The notes under the pieces are model-generated. The model made no database searches, was not told where the DNA came from, and saw only the letters and a program-made list of their open reading frames with translations. The translations under genes and the position numbers were made by a program. Source: Octopus vulgaris (lineage: Eukaryota). Taken from it: a stretch of DNA of 64,000 bases. The stretch covers positions 30,752,001-30,816,000 of the forward strand of contig OX597820.1 of the NCBI GenBank assembly GCA_951406725.2. Direction: 5' to 3'. Below are positions 52,248 through 64,000 of the stretch, in pieces; position 1 is the first letter of the stretch; each line of letters starts with the position of its first letter.

Positions 52248-55200
52248 TATGTGTGTCTGTATTTGTTCCCCCGACATCGCTTGACAACCGATGCTGGTGT
52301 GTTTACGTCCCCTTAACTTAGCGGCTTGGCAAAAGAGACCGATAGAATAAGTACTAGGCTTACAAAGAATAAGTCCTGGGGTAGATTTGCTCGACTAAAG
52401 GCGGTGCTCCAGCATGGCCGCAGTCAAATAACTGATACAAGTAAAAGAGTAAGAAAGGAACCAGAATCCAGGTGCAAACACTTGTAAGAGTAAACTCTAT
52501 TTGTTAAAAGTACTTGACCATGCAGCTGTGTTAAACAGGATAGCTTGTAAGACTTAGAGATGATAATGAGTGGACACTGGTTTAACGTTAAATAATGAGG
52601 TGGCTCTACCAGTCCCAAATGAAATGTTAAATTCAAACAACCTGTTTGTTAAAGTGAAGGCATGTAACCTAGTGATTAGGATGTTACACTCATAATCATA
52701 AGATTGTGGTTTCAATTTCCGGACCAGATAGTGCATTGTGCTCTTGAGCAAAGTACTTATTTCATGTTGCTCCGGTCTGCTTAGTTGTAAATGAGTTCCA
52801 GCAATAGCTAGGAAGTTAACCCTACAACAGACTAGCATCCTATCCAGTAGAGACTGCTGTAATGTTAGTCACTTATACACCATGGGAACAGAGTTAGATT
52901 ACAGCCTTATTAGGACTACAGATCATGACAGACCTTAGCACTATTTGTTAAATGAAAAACAAGAGAATTTGGATTTTTATTCCCCCTTCCATACCACTGA
53001 CTAGTCTTTAGTTTCCAGTTGGACCCATTTTTCTTACACCACTGACACATGTGGGAAATTTATAGGCATTACAAGATTTAATCTTCTCTCCTAAATCTCA
53101 GACATCATGACTGAGAGTTGTTCAACTATGGGCAACAACTGGACAAATAAGGCTTGCCAGGCTCTTAAATTAGCATAAAATTTTGAAGTTTTAATTTAGA
53201 TAATTTTAAACAGGAACTCGCTGTGCTTGAGGAGACCTATTGAGTCAAGTACGCCAAAATCAACATCAAAATAAATATCAAATGGAAATTGTAGTTATGA
53301 TACCCGTGCTGGTGGCACGTAAAAAGTACCATCCAAACGTGGCTGATGCCAGTGCCACCTGACTGGCGTCCGTGTCGGTGACACGTAAAAATCACCAACC
53401 GATCGTGGCCGTTTGCCAGCCTCCTCTGGACCCTGTTCTGGTGGCACGGAAAAAGCATCCACTACACTCACGGATTGGTTGGCATTAAAAAGGGCATCCA
53501 GCTGTAGAAACACTGCCAGATCAGAGCCTGGTTTCCCAGACCCTGGTCGAACTGTCCAACCCATGCTAGCATGGAAAACGGACGTTAAATGAAGATGAAG
53601 TGTGTATCATAGGGGTAGAGATAGTTTCAGGCAAGTTGGTATAAAAAGGATCACCATCACCCAATTAGGGTTATGGTCACAGATCTCATATACCTTTACT
53701 ATAATGCTAAATGGGTATGGGACATATCTCTTCTAAGATGAGACTTTTGTCTTTTATAGATGTATTACTCAGAAATGTCTCTAGAAGAACTTCAATCTTG
53801 AAGAAATGAAACTCCAAACTGCATCACTAAGCTATTTCAATCTCCTACTCAGCAATCACACATTCCATTAGTTCACCACTGCCGCCAACACCACCACCTT
53901 ATTCTATTTGTTTAACTATCTAGATTTTCAAGCTAGCCAGGGACACTATTTTGTTATGAGTTATTTTATTGGTACAGGCAATTTATTCAACCTGTCAACT
54001 ACCAGATATAAAAAGAATGGATTTGGCTGCTTGTGTGTTTACTTCTCTTTCCAACATAACTACAAATTTGTTCTCTAGAGACACTGATCAAACTAAAAAT
54101 GACACAGACAAACAAACTACAGTGTCAAAAAAACTGTTATTGTTAATACAGCCTCAGATCATACATACTAATGATCACAAGCATTCCAGCTATGACAATC
54201 TTATCTTTTTGTATATAAGGTGAAGGAGTGGCTGTGTGGTAAGTAGCTTGCTTACCAACCACATGGCTCCAAGTTCAGTCTCACTGTGTGGTACCTTGGG
54301 CAAGTGTCTTCTACTACAGCCTTGGGCCGACCAAAACCTTGTAAGTGGATTTGGTGGACAGAAACTGAAAGAAGCCAGTCGTATATATGTACGTTTGTCC
54401 CCCCACCCCCAACATCATTTGACAACCGATGTTGGTGTGTTTACGTTCCCGTAACTTAGCAGTTCGGCAAAAGAGACAGACAGAATAAGTACTAGGCTTA
54501 CAGAGAATAAGTCCTGGGGTTGATTTGCTCGACTAAAGGTGGTGCTCCAGCATGGCCACAGTCAAATGACTGAAACAAGTAAAAGAAAGAGAGTAAGAGT
54601 CTACTCCAATATTTACTTTCTTTAAGATGTTAGGATGTAAGTAGAGGTATATTTAGCTATTTCTAGTAGGTTGAGAAACAAAGGAAGACTAGCTCATCAG
54701 GTTATAAAAAAAAATATAGAACATTTTATCACTTCATAAATTTGCACATCATCTTTACAATTTGGTGTTTAATACACACACAAGATACTTCTCAACTCCA
54801 GTTAAACTGATCTTTTTTATTTATCACAAAAGGATCTAATGATTAATTTAATTATGGCAAGATTTGAACTTATTACCAACACATATCATTTCTGGGCCTA
54901 CTACTTCTATACCAACTCAATTAGTTAAACTGACAGTTGTATCTTATTCCTTTCTATGATTGTTCCTTCTGTTATTATCATAGTATATTCAACTTGCTGC
55001 TTCTAAATGATTTAAATACTTCTAAACATCTTGTGTACATGGACCAACAGGCACAGGAGTGGCTGTGTGGTAAGTATCTTGCTTACCAACCATATGGTGC
55101 CAGGTTCAGTCCTACTGCATGGCACCTTGGGCAAGTGTCTTCTACTATAGCCTGGCCAACCAGAGCCTTGTGAGTGGATTTGGTAGACGGAAACTGAAGG

Positions 55201-55721
55201 AAGCCCATTGTATATATGTATATATATATGTGTGTGTGTGTTCGTCTGTCTGTGTTTGTCCCCCCAACATCGCTTGACAACCGATGCTGGTGTGTTTACG
55301 TCCCCATAACTTAGCGGTTCGGCAAAAAGAGTACTGATTGAATAAGTACTAGGCTTACAAAGAATAAGTCCTGGGGTCTGTTTACTCAACTAAAAGGTGG
55401 TGCTACAGCATAGCCACAATCAAATGACTGAAACAAGTAAAAGAGTAAAACTGTGTTACTAGTTCTCTGCAGTATTGTTATTGTTTAGCCTCAGCTTAGC
55501 TCTCATTGAGCAGTCCCATGATCAAAGGCATTTCAACTGTAACCATCCCATTTCTTTTTTACTGATATTAGAACATCTAAGACAACACCACTGAATGTGT
55601 CCTTTTACTTTTTCAAAATAGTGCTGGTGCAAGAAAAGAAAAACATGCAGTACACTCTTGTAAAATGGTTGGTGCTAAGTAAGGCATCAAGTTGTAGAAA
55701 CTGTGCTAAAGCAGACATTAA

Positions 55722-55952
55722 GGCGGTGACCTGGCAGAACCGTTAGCACACCGGGCGAAATGCGTAGCCGTATTTCGTCTGCCGTTACGTTCTGGGTTCA
55801 AATTCTGCCGAGGTCCACTTTGCCTTTCATCCTTTCGGGGTTGATAAATTAAGTACCAGTTACGCACTGGGGTCGATGTAATCAACTTAATACCTATGTC
55901 TGTCCTTGTTTGTCCCTTCTGTGTTTAGCCCCTTGTGGGCAGTAAAGAAATA
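55722..55952 (+). mobile_element. tRNA-derived SINE family B with a 17-bp TSD
   Basis: Head GGCGGTGACCTGGCAGAACCGTTAG...GGTTCAAATTC. Identical flanks GCTAAAGCAGACATTAA at 55705..55721 and 55953..55969. Other copies at ~19938-20160, 3846-3955 and 3982-4200. Confidence 0.9.
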
Positions 55953-56117
55953 GCTAAAGCAGACATTAAAGTACACAATGCAATCCCCCAAACCAGTCAG
56001 ATCTTGTCAAACTCTCTAATGTATACCAGCATGGAAGCCAGGCATGAAAAGATAATGATGATGGTAGTGGTGATGATAATGTATGTAATTCAAAGAAGAT
56101 TTGGTCGCTACTTTTTG

Positions 56118-56523
56118 CATTTAGGCGGCAAATATACCTCACGATGTCGTGCTGCTACTGTTTACATCTTGCTCAGAGATTTATTATTGATTGTTTCTCC
56201 TTTTTCGAGATCAGTGACATTTTGTCACTGGAAACAGCATATGTATTTGCATTCGAAATCACTTCTCATCCCTAGCCTGTGACTGTTACAGGCTTATTCA
56301 TGATGGGTCCATGTGTATCACGTCAGGCTAGAGATGGGAATGATGATTTCCCTTCACAAATACTGATCAGGCAAGGACAGTGTGTCGTTAGCTGGAGATG
56401 TCTTCCCGGGGCTATAAACTACAGCAGCATCGTCCCATATGGGGTCAGCCACATTTAGGTGGCAAACATACTTCACAATGTCGTGCTGCTACTGTTTACA
56501 TCTTGCTCAGAGATTTATTATTG
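56118..56523. repeat. 334-bp unit with a 72-bp terminal direct repeat
   Basis: 56118..56189 matches 56452..56523 with 4 transitions. Confidence 0.9.
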
Positions 56524-57542
56524 CAAGCTCCTTTCGTTCAACTAGTAACCATGTATCATCAGGCTAAGGATATATAAGCAAGCATGTAAATCGTGTGATG
56601 CATGCAATGTTACTATGTGAATGTTTTAACCAAATCAACTCTAAATCTAGCACATATATGATCAAAGAATTCGGCATTCCCTCGACATAATCAAAACATT
56701 TCACTTCGGGTATTTCCGTGGAAGCAAATGACAGTTCGATTCTGTTTTCTGCTTGGAAATTTGCGGATTTTACATACACACGTGAAACAGGTAAGAACAA
56801 ATATGCAAGGTTTTTTTCCCCCCAAGTTTAAAATGAGACATTGTTGGCATAATTTCGTTATATCTATACTCCACAACCCACGGAAATACTCGAAGAGAAA
56901 TGTTTCGATTTTGTCGAGTTATATCGAAGGAATGCCAAGAATTCTAACTGTGACCAATCCGTCTTCTATGGAGCATCTAGGACCACGTTATCTAATGTGC
57001 CCTTACTTTTTTTTAAAGACATTAGGGTATTGAGCTGGCTGTGCAATCATGTAAAGGCATTTTAGTTGACTCAGCACAAATTTACAAGCAATGTGTGAGA
57101 AAAACTAGACTGATATAAAAAGCTCTGTAGTAGAAGCAAGAGCACTTTAGCTGCCAACATTGTAGCTTTTTACATATGATTGCCCATTTTGCTTCATAAC
57201 ATGATGGTCAGAAAAACATAATTAAATTTATAGATTTCCCATTATATCTGGTCCCAATTTTAATTACATGGCTTTCTTAATTTAATAATTAATCATATGG
57301 CTACCACTAAGATACTGATCCTAGTGTATTCTTCGATATCTTATGAATATATTTTCACCAACTATCACAGAAAGACCATATTTAACAATAAAAGAAGTTT
57401 TGTATACAAATATTAGTCAATAAAAGAAACAGTTTTAGGAAAAACAATAACAATAATGTAAACAAAAACCAAAACTGAGAGCAGCGAAATTTTTTAATAC
57501 CTTTCCTTCTCTCATAAATTGTTCATAAATAATGGAATATGT

Positions 57543-58496
57543 TTATAAGAAGAATTTACGCCTACTAGTTTCCATTTCATGTCTTTTATGGAACCATTCG
57601 TATTCTCCGTAACGAGAGTCAAAGACTCCTTTCTGGAGGGATCTCATCTTCAGAGTGAAGCGAGGCCCAAGTTCTGCAAGTCCAACTCGTTTCTCATTTC
57701 TGAACACGTAACGATGGTGTCTGAAAAATATGAAGTCTCTCTGGTTATGGAACGTAACCACACGCCGTCCGCGAAATTGTGGATCAAGTGGGAATAATGC
57801 ACCAAACATACGTCCAACGGTGTGTCCCAAACGGGTGTTGAAATTGTTAAGTATCAACTCGGGTCTGTGTTCAGTGGCAGAATCACATTTACGTATTTCC
57901 TTTCGTAGCTTTACGTTACTCACTTTAAAATGAATGGTTGGTCCCTCTGGTAGATGAATCAGAAGCATTCCATTAGGCTTTTTGTTGTTCTCGTTTACAA
58001 TAATGATGTCGGTGAATTCTTTCTCGATCGCTTGAGGTACGATCTTCTTTATGGCTAAGGTTCTCCGGTGATAATAAGTTGCATCTGGAAAGACAGTTGT
58101 AAGTTCTTTACAAAAATGGTAAGTCCGTAGTTTGGATCGACATGAAGTTGTGATCAATATTTTGGGTATTGTCTCGCGTTTGAAATGGGCTGCCATTTCA
58201 TCCACAGATTCGTCTATTTCAACTTCTTCATCCTTCTGTGAGATAAGTGTTTCATCTGCCACTCGCATTTTCTCAATAGTTTTCGGTTCTTGTTTTGGGG
58301 GAACGGGCAAGCCTTTCTTTATCCTCATCTTCCGATCTTTCCTTTTAGCCATTTCGATCTTCTTTTTCTCAAGAAGCATTTTTCTAAACATCTTAGACCG
58401 TAAGATCTTATTCTTAACCCGTTTGTAATTGAGTACAGGGAGAACAGCTTCATTTTTTACCTCCTCGGAAGGACCAGGAATTGCTTTATCCGCCAT
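57543..58496 (-). CDS. RPF1: Ribosome production factor 1 (Brix/Imp4 superfamily), intronless CDS, 317 aa
   Basis: Brix motifs PKILITTS, HLPEGPT, PELILNNFNTRLG, VTFHNQRDFIFFRHHRY and ELGPRFTL, plus the RPF1-type C-terminus EYEW...ETSRRKFFL. First ATG at 58496 (acaATGG); the ORF track starts at a non-ATG codon. Confidence 0.95.
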   Translation of the reverse strand: MADKAIPGPSEEVKNEAVLPVLNYKRVKNKILRSKMFRKMLLEKKKIEMAKRKDRKMRIKKGLPVPPKQEPKTIEKMRVADETLISQKDEEVEIDESVDEMAAHFKRETIPKILITTSCRSKLRTYHFCKELTTVFPDATYYHRRTLAIKKIVPQAIEKEFTDIIIVNENNKKPNGMLLIHLPEGPTIHFKVSNVKLRKEIRKCDSATEHRPELILNNFNTRLGHTVGRMFGALFPLDPQFRGRRVVTFHNQRDFIFFRHHRYVFRNEKRVGLAELGPRFTLKMRSLQKGVFDSRYGEYEWFHKRHEMETSRRKFFL

Positions 58497-59377
58497 TGTT
58501 ATTTCCGCACGTGGCCGAGATGAGCAAACCGCAAGGGAGATCACTCAGTTTAATTTCACAATTCAATCGGTGACTATAAATCTTATTCCGTTAGGGTGAA
58601 ACGAAATTTGATGTTGAGAGTAAAATCTTTCCTCGGCGAGGAAAGATTTTAGAAACTATCTTCCAAGTTAATTTCGATAATATTTGAAAGTACAGTTTTG
58701 ATTAACTGGCAGGATTTCAAAATAATTTTTGGTTAATATAAAAAGATTGACTCCCGTAAACGAAAACAAAAACAAAAAGATCCAGCCTGCTAGGTGTTAA
58801 AAACTGTAGAAAACTAATATGAAAAAAAAAATTGCACAAACGAACGTGAGGCGGTGGGGAGAGTACTTTCGGAAAATTCACAAGATCCGATTTCCCCCGC
58901 ATAACTTTGAGGAAAATGGATATATATTGATGAAATTTTATAGAAATACCGTTCAAATGGCACAAATTACGATTATAAAGATATTTCTGGGGAATTTTTT
59001 TCCGAAAGTGTGGGCAGAGGACTGTCGAAAAGTTCACACGATCCGGTTTTTTCCCCGCAAAACTTTCAGGATCTAGTTTAGCGCCCAGTCACCAAAACTA
59101 TTTTTTTTCTTTTCTTTGTAGTTGGTAAGCAAACTACTTACCACACATCCACTCCTACGCCTATAGTTTGCACAAATATTTTTTCATATTTGTTTTCTAC
59201 AGTTTTTAACACCCAGCAGGCTGAGGTTTTTTTTTTTGTTTTTGATATCAGGAGTCAGTCTTTATATTAACCGAATTCTTTTGAAATTCCTTGCTTCTGT
59301 TTACTTATTAAAGTTATCTCTACACATTTTCTAAAGAAATTAATAGCCAGCACTGATTTTGTAAAGACGTTTCATAT

Positions 59378-59995
59378 ATGGGTTGGTAAAAAATGTCCAG
59401 AGTGTTTTTTAAGTAAAATTCATTGAGATAGTTGTACATACCTTTACTCAACCATATATTTTCCATTTTGTTCCACTACGTTTCGCCATCTTTGAGGTAG
59501 CTTCATGATTGTATCCTCCCAGAACTTGGTATATTTCTGGATCATGAACTGGTCTAAGTAGTTTTTATACTCTTTCAAAGGATCAAAGTTCTTCCCATTA
59601 AGAGAATTTTGCAAGGATTGGGATAAATGATAATCCAAAGGTGCAAGGTCAGGTGAGTATGGTGGGTGGGATAGGACATCCCACCCAAGCTGCAGCAATT
59701 TCTGTCTGGTCTGCAAAGAAATGTGTGGTCTAGCATTGTCCTGATGTAAGACATCTTTTCAGTTGGCCAACTCTGGACATTTTTCATCAATTGCCTCCTT
59801 TAATCTGTCTATAAACGATGAAGGCATGAAAAGGCATCACTTCGCAAGAATTCCAGCACTGCTTCGAATAGCAGAAAACGCACCTGGGCCAATGCATTGC
59901 TTCAAAAGAATACTCTGAAGGCAGTAAAAGTGAAAACTGGTAAAACTAAGTGAATAAAAATATTACTGCAAAATTCCAGTTTCTTTTGGATACCC
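59378..59995 (-). mobile_element. Mariner relic (transposase C-terminus)
   Basis: Encodes LGWDVLSHPPYSPDLAPLDYHL...KLPQRWRNVVEQNGKY. Ends are decayed. Confidence 0.85.
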
Positions 59996-62706
59996 CTTCA
60001 TAGAACCAAGAAATATGTGCTTCTTAATCACACAGCAGTACCTATATATCATCATCATCATCAGTTAGCATCTGCTTTCCATGGTAGCATGGACTGGATG
60101 TTTTCACAGGGACTGGCAAGTCAGAAGGCTGCACCAATTCCTGTTGACTGCTTCGGTATGGTTTCTATGGCTGGATACCTTTCCTAATGCCAACTATTTT
60201 ACAGAGTGTACTGAGTGCTTTTTATGTGGCACCAGCAGCAGTGAGGTCACCAAGTAACTTGCAAGGCAAGACCCTATCAACCGAGTGGTGGGGTGAGTAA
60301 TACTGAGGGACAGAATGAGTCTTACATTGGAAGGGAAACATGGCTGCCTCAGGTATGGATAGAGAGGTAAGAGAGTGAGTGGATTGGAGATGGTGAGTGA
60401 GTTCATGAGATTGCAAAAGGAGAATGGTAGATGGAAGGGGAGTGTAATGAATGGGCACAGGTGGAGGGAGGGGGTATTGGGAGGATATGCTGTGAGGAAG
60501 AGATTCAATGGGGACATTGTGTGCAGAAAGGTGCATTCAGGAGAGCGGGTTGGGGGTGGGGTGAAGCAGTGGTTAGTGATGGATGGGAGGAGGGTGTTGG
60601 AAAGATGGGCTGTGGGAGAGGTTTGTGATTGGACAGATTGTGTGGGCAGGAGGATATGGACATAAAAAACAACTTTATGGCTATGATTTTTCTTAGAATG
60701 GGTAGGGTTTCTCAAGAAGAGCAAACTACCAACTGTCTCGATCCTTTATCTTCTTCTCTGTGAGGCTTAACATCGGAAGATCATGTGGAATACTTTTCAA
60801 TATAGACCTGCATGATGAGGGCTATCAAGAGCTCATCATCATTTAACGTCCGTTTTCAACCAGGGTCTGGGAAGCCAGGAGGCTGCGCCAAGCTCCAGTC
60901 TGATCTTGCAGTGTTTCTACAGCTGGATGCTCTTCCTAACGCCAACCACTCCATGAGTGTAGTGGATGCTTTTTACGTGCCACCAGCTCAGGAGCCAGAG
61001 GAGGCTGGCAAACGGCCACAATCGGTTGGTGCTTTTTACGTGTCACTGACACGGACACCAGTCTGGCGGTGCTGGCATCAGCCACATTCGGATGGTGCTT
61101 TTTACGTGCCACAACATTCTTGTCCAAATAGATTAGAGAACAATACAAGATGTAACATTCTTTGACTACCACACTGTTTTGTGTATAATTAACCATGGTA
61201 TCAAATTCTGGTGATGAGCAGACTAATACATACCATATATAGAATGCTAGACCACTGGATAACTCCCAAATATTTAATTAACTACACATGTTCCTTAATT
61301 TTTCTCCCAGAACTACTCAAAGACAATAATGGTTTCAAATTTTGGGACAAGACCAGCAATTTTATGGGGGGTGGGTAGTCAATTACATCAACTGGTACTT
61401 ATTTTATTGTTCCCCAAAGATGGAAAGCAAAGTCAACCTTGGTGGAATTTGAAATTCAAAGATTATAATGCTACCTGCCTTCTAAAGAGCTGAAGAAGCA
61501 AACACAACAAAAACAAAATGATCTTGGCAAGATTTGAACCCATGAACTGTAAGATATTTTTAAGCCTCTGTCTTATAAAGGATGATAATGATTCAACCAA
61601 AGAAAGAAAACAAACAAGATTTTACAAGAATTTTTTCACAAAATTATTTTTATTTGAAATCACATAGAAAAAATATAAAAATATCATGGAGAAAATACAC
61701 ACACACATGTATGTGTGTATGCCTGTATATACATGTATATACGTGTGTGGGTGGGTGGGTTGGTGAGTGTATGCATATAATTTAAGTATGACTAATTATT
61801 GGTTTCAATGATTTCATCTCAATTGAACAAGGCACATTGTTTTTATTGCATTCAGGTTAAATAACGAGCCATGAAAGGTTTTATTTTCATTTTAGAAAGG
61901 GAAGTTTCAATGCTTTTTTACGATTTCCATTTTTCCATTCTTTTGCTCTCAAGAATAGGTTGTTATTGAAATTCTTCTTCATACAGAAAGATTCAAATAG
62001 CTATAGATGACATTATTGTTTAGTCCCAAATCAGCCCTGATTGAGCTGTCCTGTGACCAAAAGCAATCTGACCATGCCTATCCAATTTTATTTTATATCC
62101 TAGATAAACTAGCCAATGTATTTTTAATTTTTAAAAAGTTTTTAAGCTGGTAGGAGACGATTTGAGGAAAATTTGACTGCTATTTTTAGTAGGTAGAATA
62201 ATTGCACATAGTTTTTTTCAATGGCTTGAAATTAACATAATTCTGATTCTAGGTACAATCCACATTCAGAGTTCATAAAATGAACGAACAATATTTAGCT
62301 TTACAAATCAGATCAAACAATGTCTATACTGGTAAAACCAGCCCCAGTTAATATATTTTTTTTACAAGGCTCCGTGGGCAAAAACAATTTTGTAGATAGA
62401 CTCTCTCTCTCTCGCCTCTCCCTCTCTCACACACACACGTGAATTTTACACTGAATAGTGTATGAGTATAGACAATGTCAAACTTAAAACAGTTTGGATA
62501 TTTGCATTAAATCAGTAATACTTTAACATCCAGATATTTGGGACAAGCAGGGATTCAACACCATTTCTTCATATACATTAGCTCAATACTGTGCCATGCT
62601 TGACAAGCAACAATCCATATTAATAATTTATTTAAACAGTGAAACTTGAGGGAAGTTCAACATCTTATTTGCCATTTCATAGATTTCAGTGACCACAGTA
62701 CTGTTA

Positions 62707-63661
62707 TCACAATTCTTCTTTTACAAATGGGTAGTCAATACCGTAGACTGCTCTGAGTCCAGTCAGAACTTGTAAAGGCCGTCTTGTCAAATATTTTTGC
62801 ATCATGTGAATAACATCCCGTCTTGGAATCTCATATTTTTCCTCTTTGATGGCTTTTTCATAAAAGGCTATTATTTCTTTCAGAATTTTCTCCCAACTTG
62901 TTGGTTTCCAGTCCAGTTTTTCTTTGGCTTTAGATACATCAACAGGGCCTAACTTCACCGATGGGAAGAGATAAACAGAGCTTGAAGTCAGAGGTTCAAT
63001 GAAAATATTCAAATCTGTTAGGTTAAGGGAATCCTTTATATCACCAAGTACTTCATACAGTGTTGGGTTTTCATCGATGGCTAAATTGTAAGCTTCATCG
63101 TTAATGTCTTCACTTCCTGTTAGATACTGCACAATTATATCTGCCACATCTTCAACATAAACTAAACTTATCTCTTGTTTAACTAAATTTGAAGGAAGTG
63201 ATACGGGTCTTTCCAGATATGTGCGTAGTTTCATCCACAGCTGATAAAGCCACCACCGGTAAGTGTTATCCTTGGGACCAATAACATCAGGAAGACGATA
63301 TATTAGAAATGGTACTTTACTTGCTTCTGGCTGTTGCCGAAGTTCTTCTTCACACTGAAGTTTCAAGTGACCATAGTTGTCATTTTTGGCATAATCCTCT
63401 CTCGTGGTTTCATCAAATGGACGAACAGCATCTGTCTCTTTGCTAGGTGCTGTGTGATTTTTCATGCACACATCATATACTGAGTCTGTACTAATTAAAA
63501 CATATAAACCAATTTTGGAACGGAAAATTGCCAGAACTTCTCTGACTGCAAAAGGATGATAGGCACTAAAATCAATGACTGTATCAAAATATATGGATGA
63601 GCTTGTTTTGAAGAAGTTGACCAAGTCTTGACAATTGTAAAGTGACTGCATACGATCACAT
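62707..63661 (-). CDS. Atypical SDR / NAD-dependent epimerase-dehydratase-like protein, terminal exon (upstream exons lie outside the window)
   Basis: Acceptor cttccttcacag|A at 63661, phase 2. Motifs FDTVIDFSAY, YVLISTDSVY, YGHLK (YxxxK), RLPDVIGP, VYVEDVA and AYNLA. Ends KEEL-stop. Confidence 0.85.
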
Positions 63662-64000
63662 CTGTGAAGGAAGGAAATAAAAATATACATATATATATAT
63701 TTATATTAGTGAAAACTTTTTCAATAATCAATTATATTGTTTCAAAAGAATTCAGTTACTTATTTTTATTTTATTGCAAGGTGGAAGGTGTTTATAAGCC
63801 ATTTAAGAAACACACAAAAACTGTTCGATTCACTTCAACATTTAAATTTAATTTGTGAAAATATTTTCGTCACTTTGAGACTGCGACCTGTTCAGTGACA
63901 AAACTTTGTTCCAGCACACGATCTCAGATCAAGTCACTTGCTATGCAAGTACATCTCCATAATTTTATTTTATTTAACTCTATTTACCTCCAATTAATTT

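Noticed and set aside
58497-58544. 16-aa N-terminal extension of RPF1 in the ORF track
   Set aside because: It begins at a non-ATG codon; the first ATG, in good context, is at 58496.

Overview
AT-rich, repeat-dense eukaryotic genomic DNA, most likely an octopus. This is inferred from the tRNA-derived SINE families with internal microsatellites and the RTE LINE with (GAT)n tails; it was not database-confirmed. Four protein-coding genes are supported. (1) A 2-exon RWDD2-family gene on + (5905..13398, 318 aa). (2) A 7-exon F-box/WD40 gene on - (43783..18864, 437 aa), reconstructed here from splice sites and phases; two of its exons are absent from the ORF track. (3) An intronless RPF1 (Brix domain) gene on -. 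(4) The last exon of an atypical SDR/NAD-dependent epimerase ending in KEEL on -. The rest is a mosaic of SINEs, RTE/CR1/L1-Tx1/Penelope-like retroelement relics, and mariner/Tc1/pogo/hAT/piggyBac/Helitron relics and MITEs. The best candidates for a second look are a structured 334-nt unit with a 72-bp terminal redundancy (56118..56523), an RTE LINE with a PHD-type finger inside its RT and an amplified hairpin-repeat tail, SINEs sharing a head but swapping tails, and several long inverted repeats next to genes. No CRISPR array, rRNA or bona fide tRNA gene is supported. Repeat boundaries are read by eye and are approximate.
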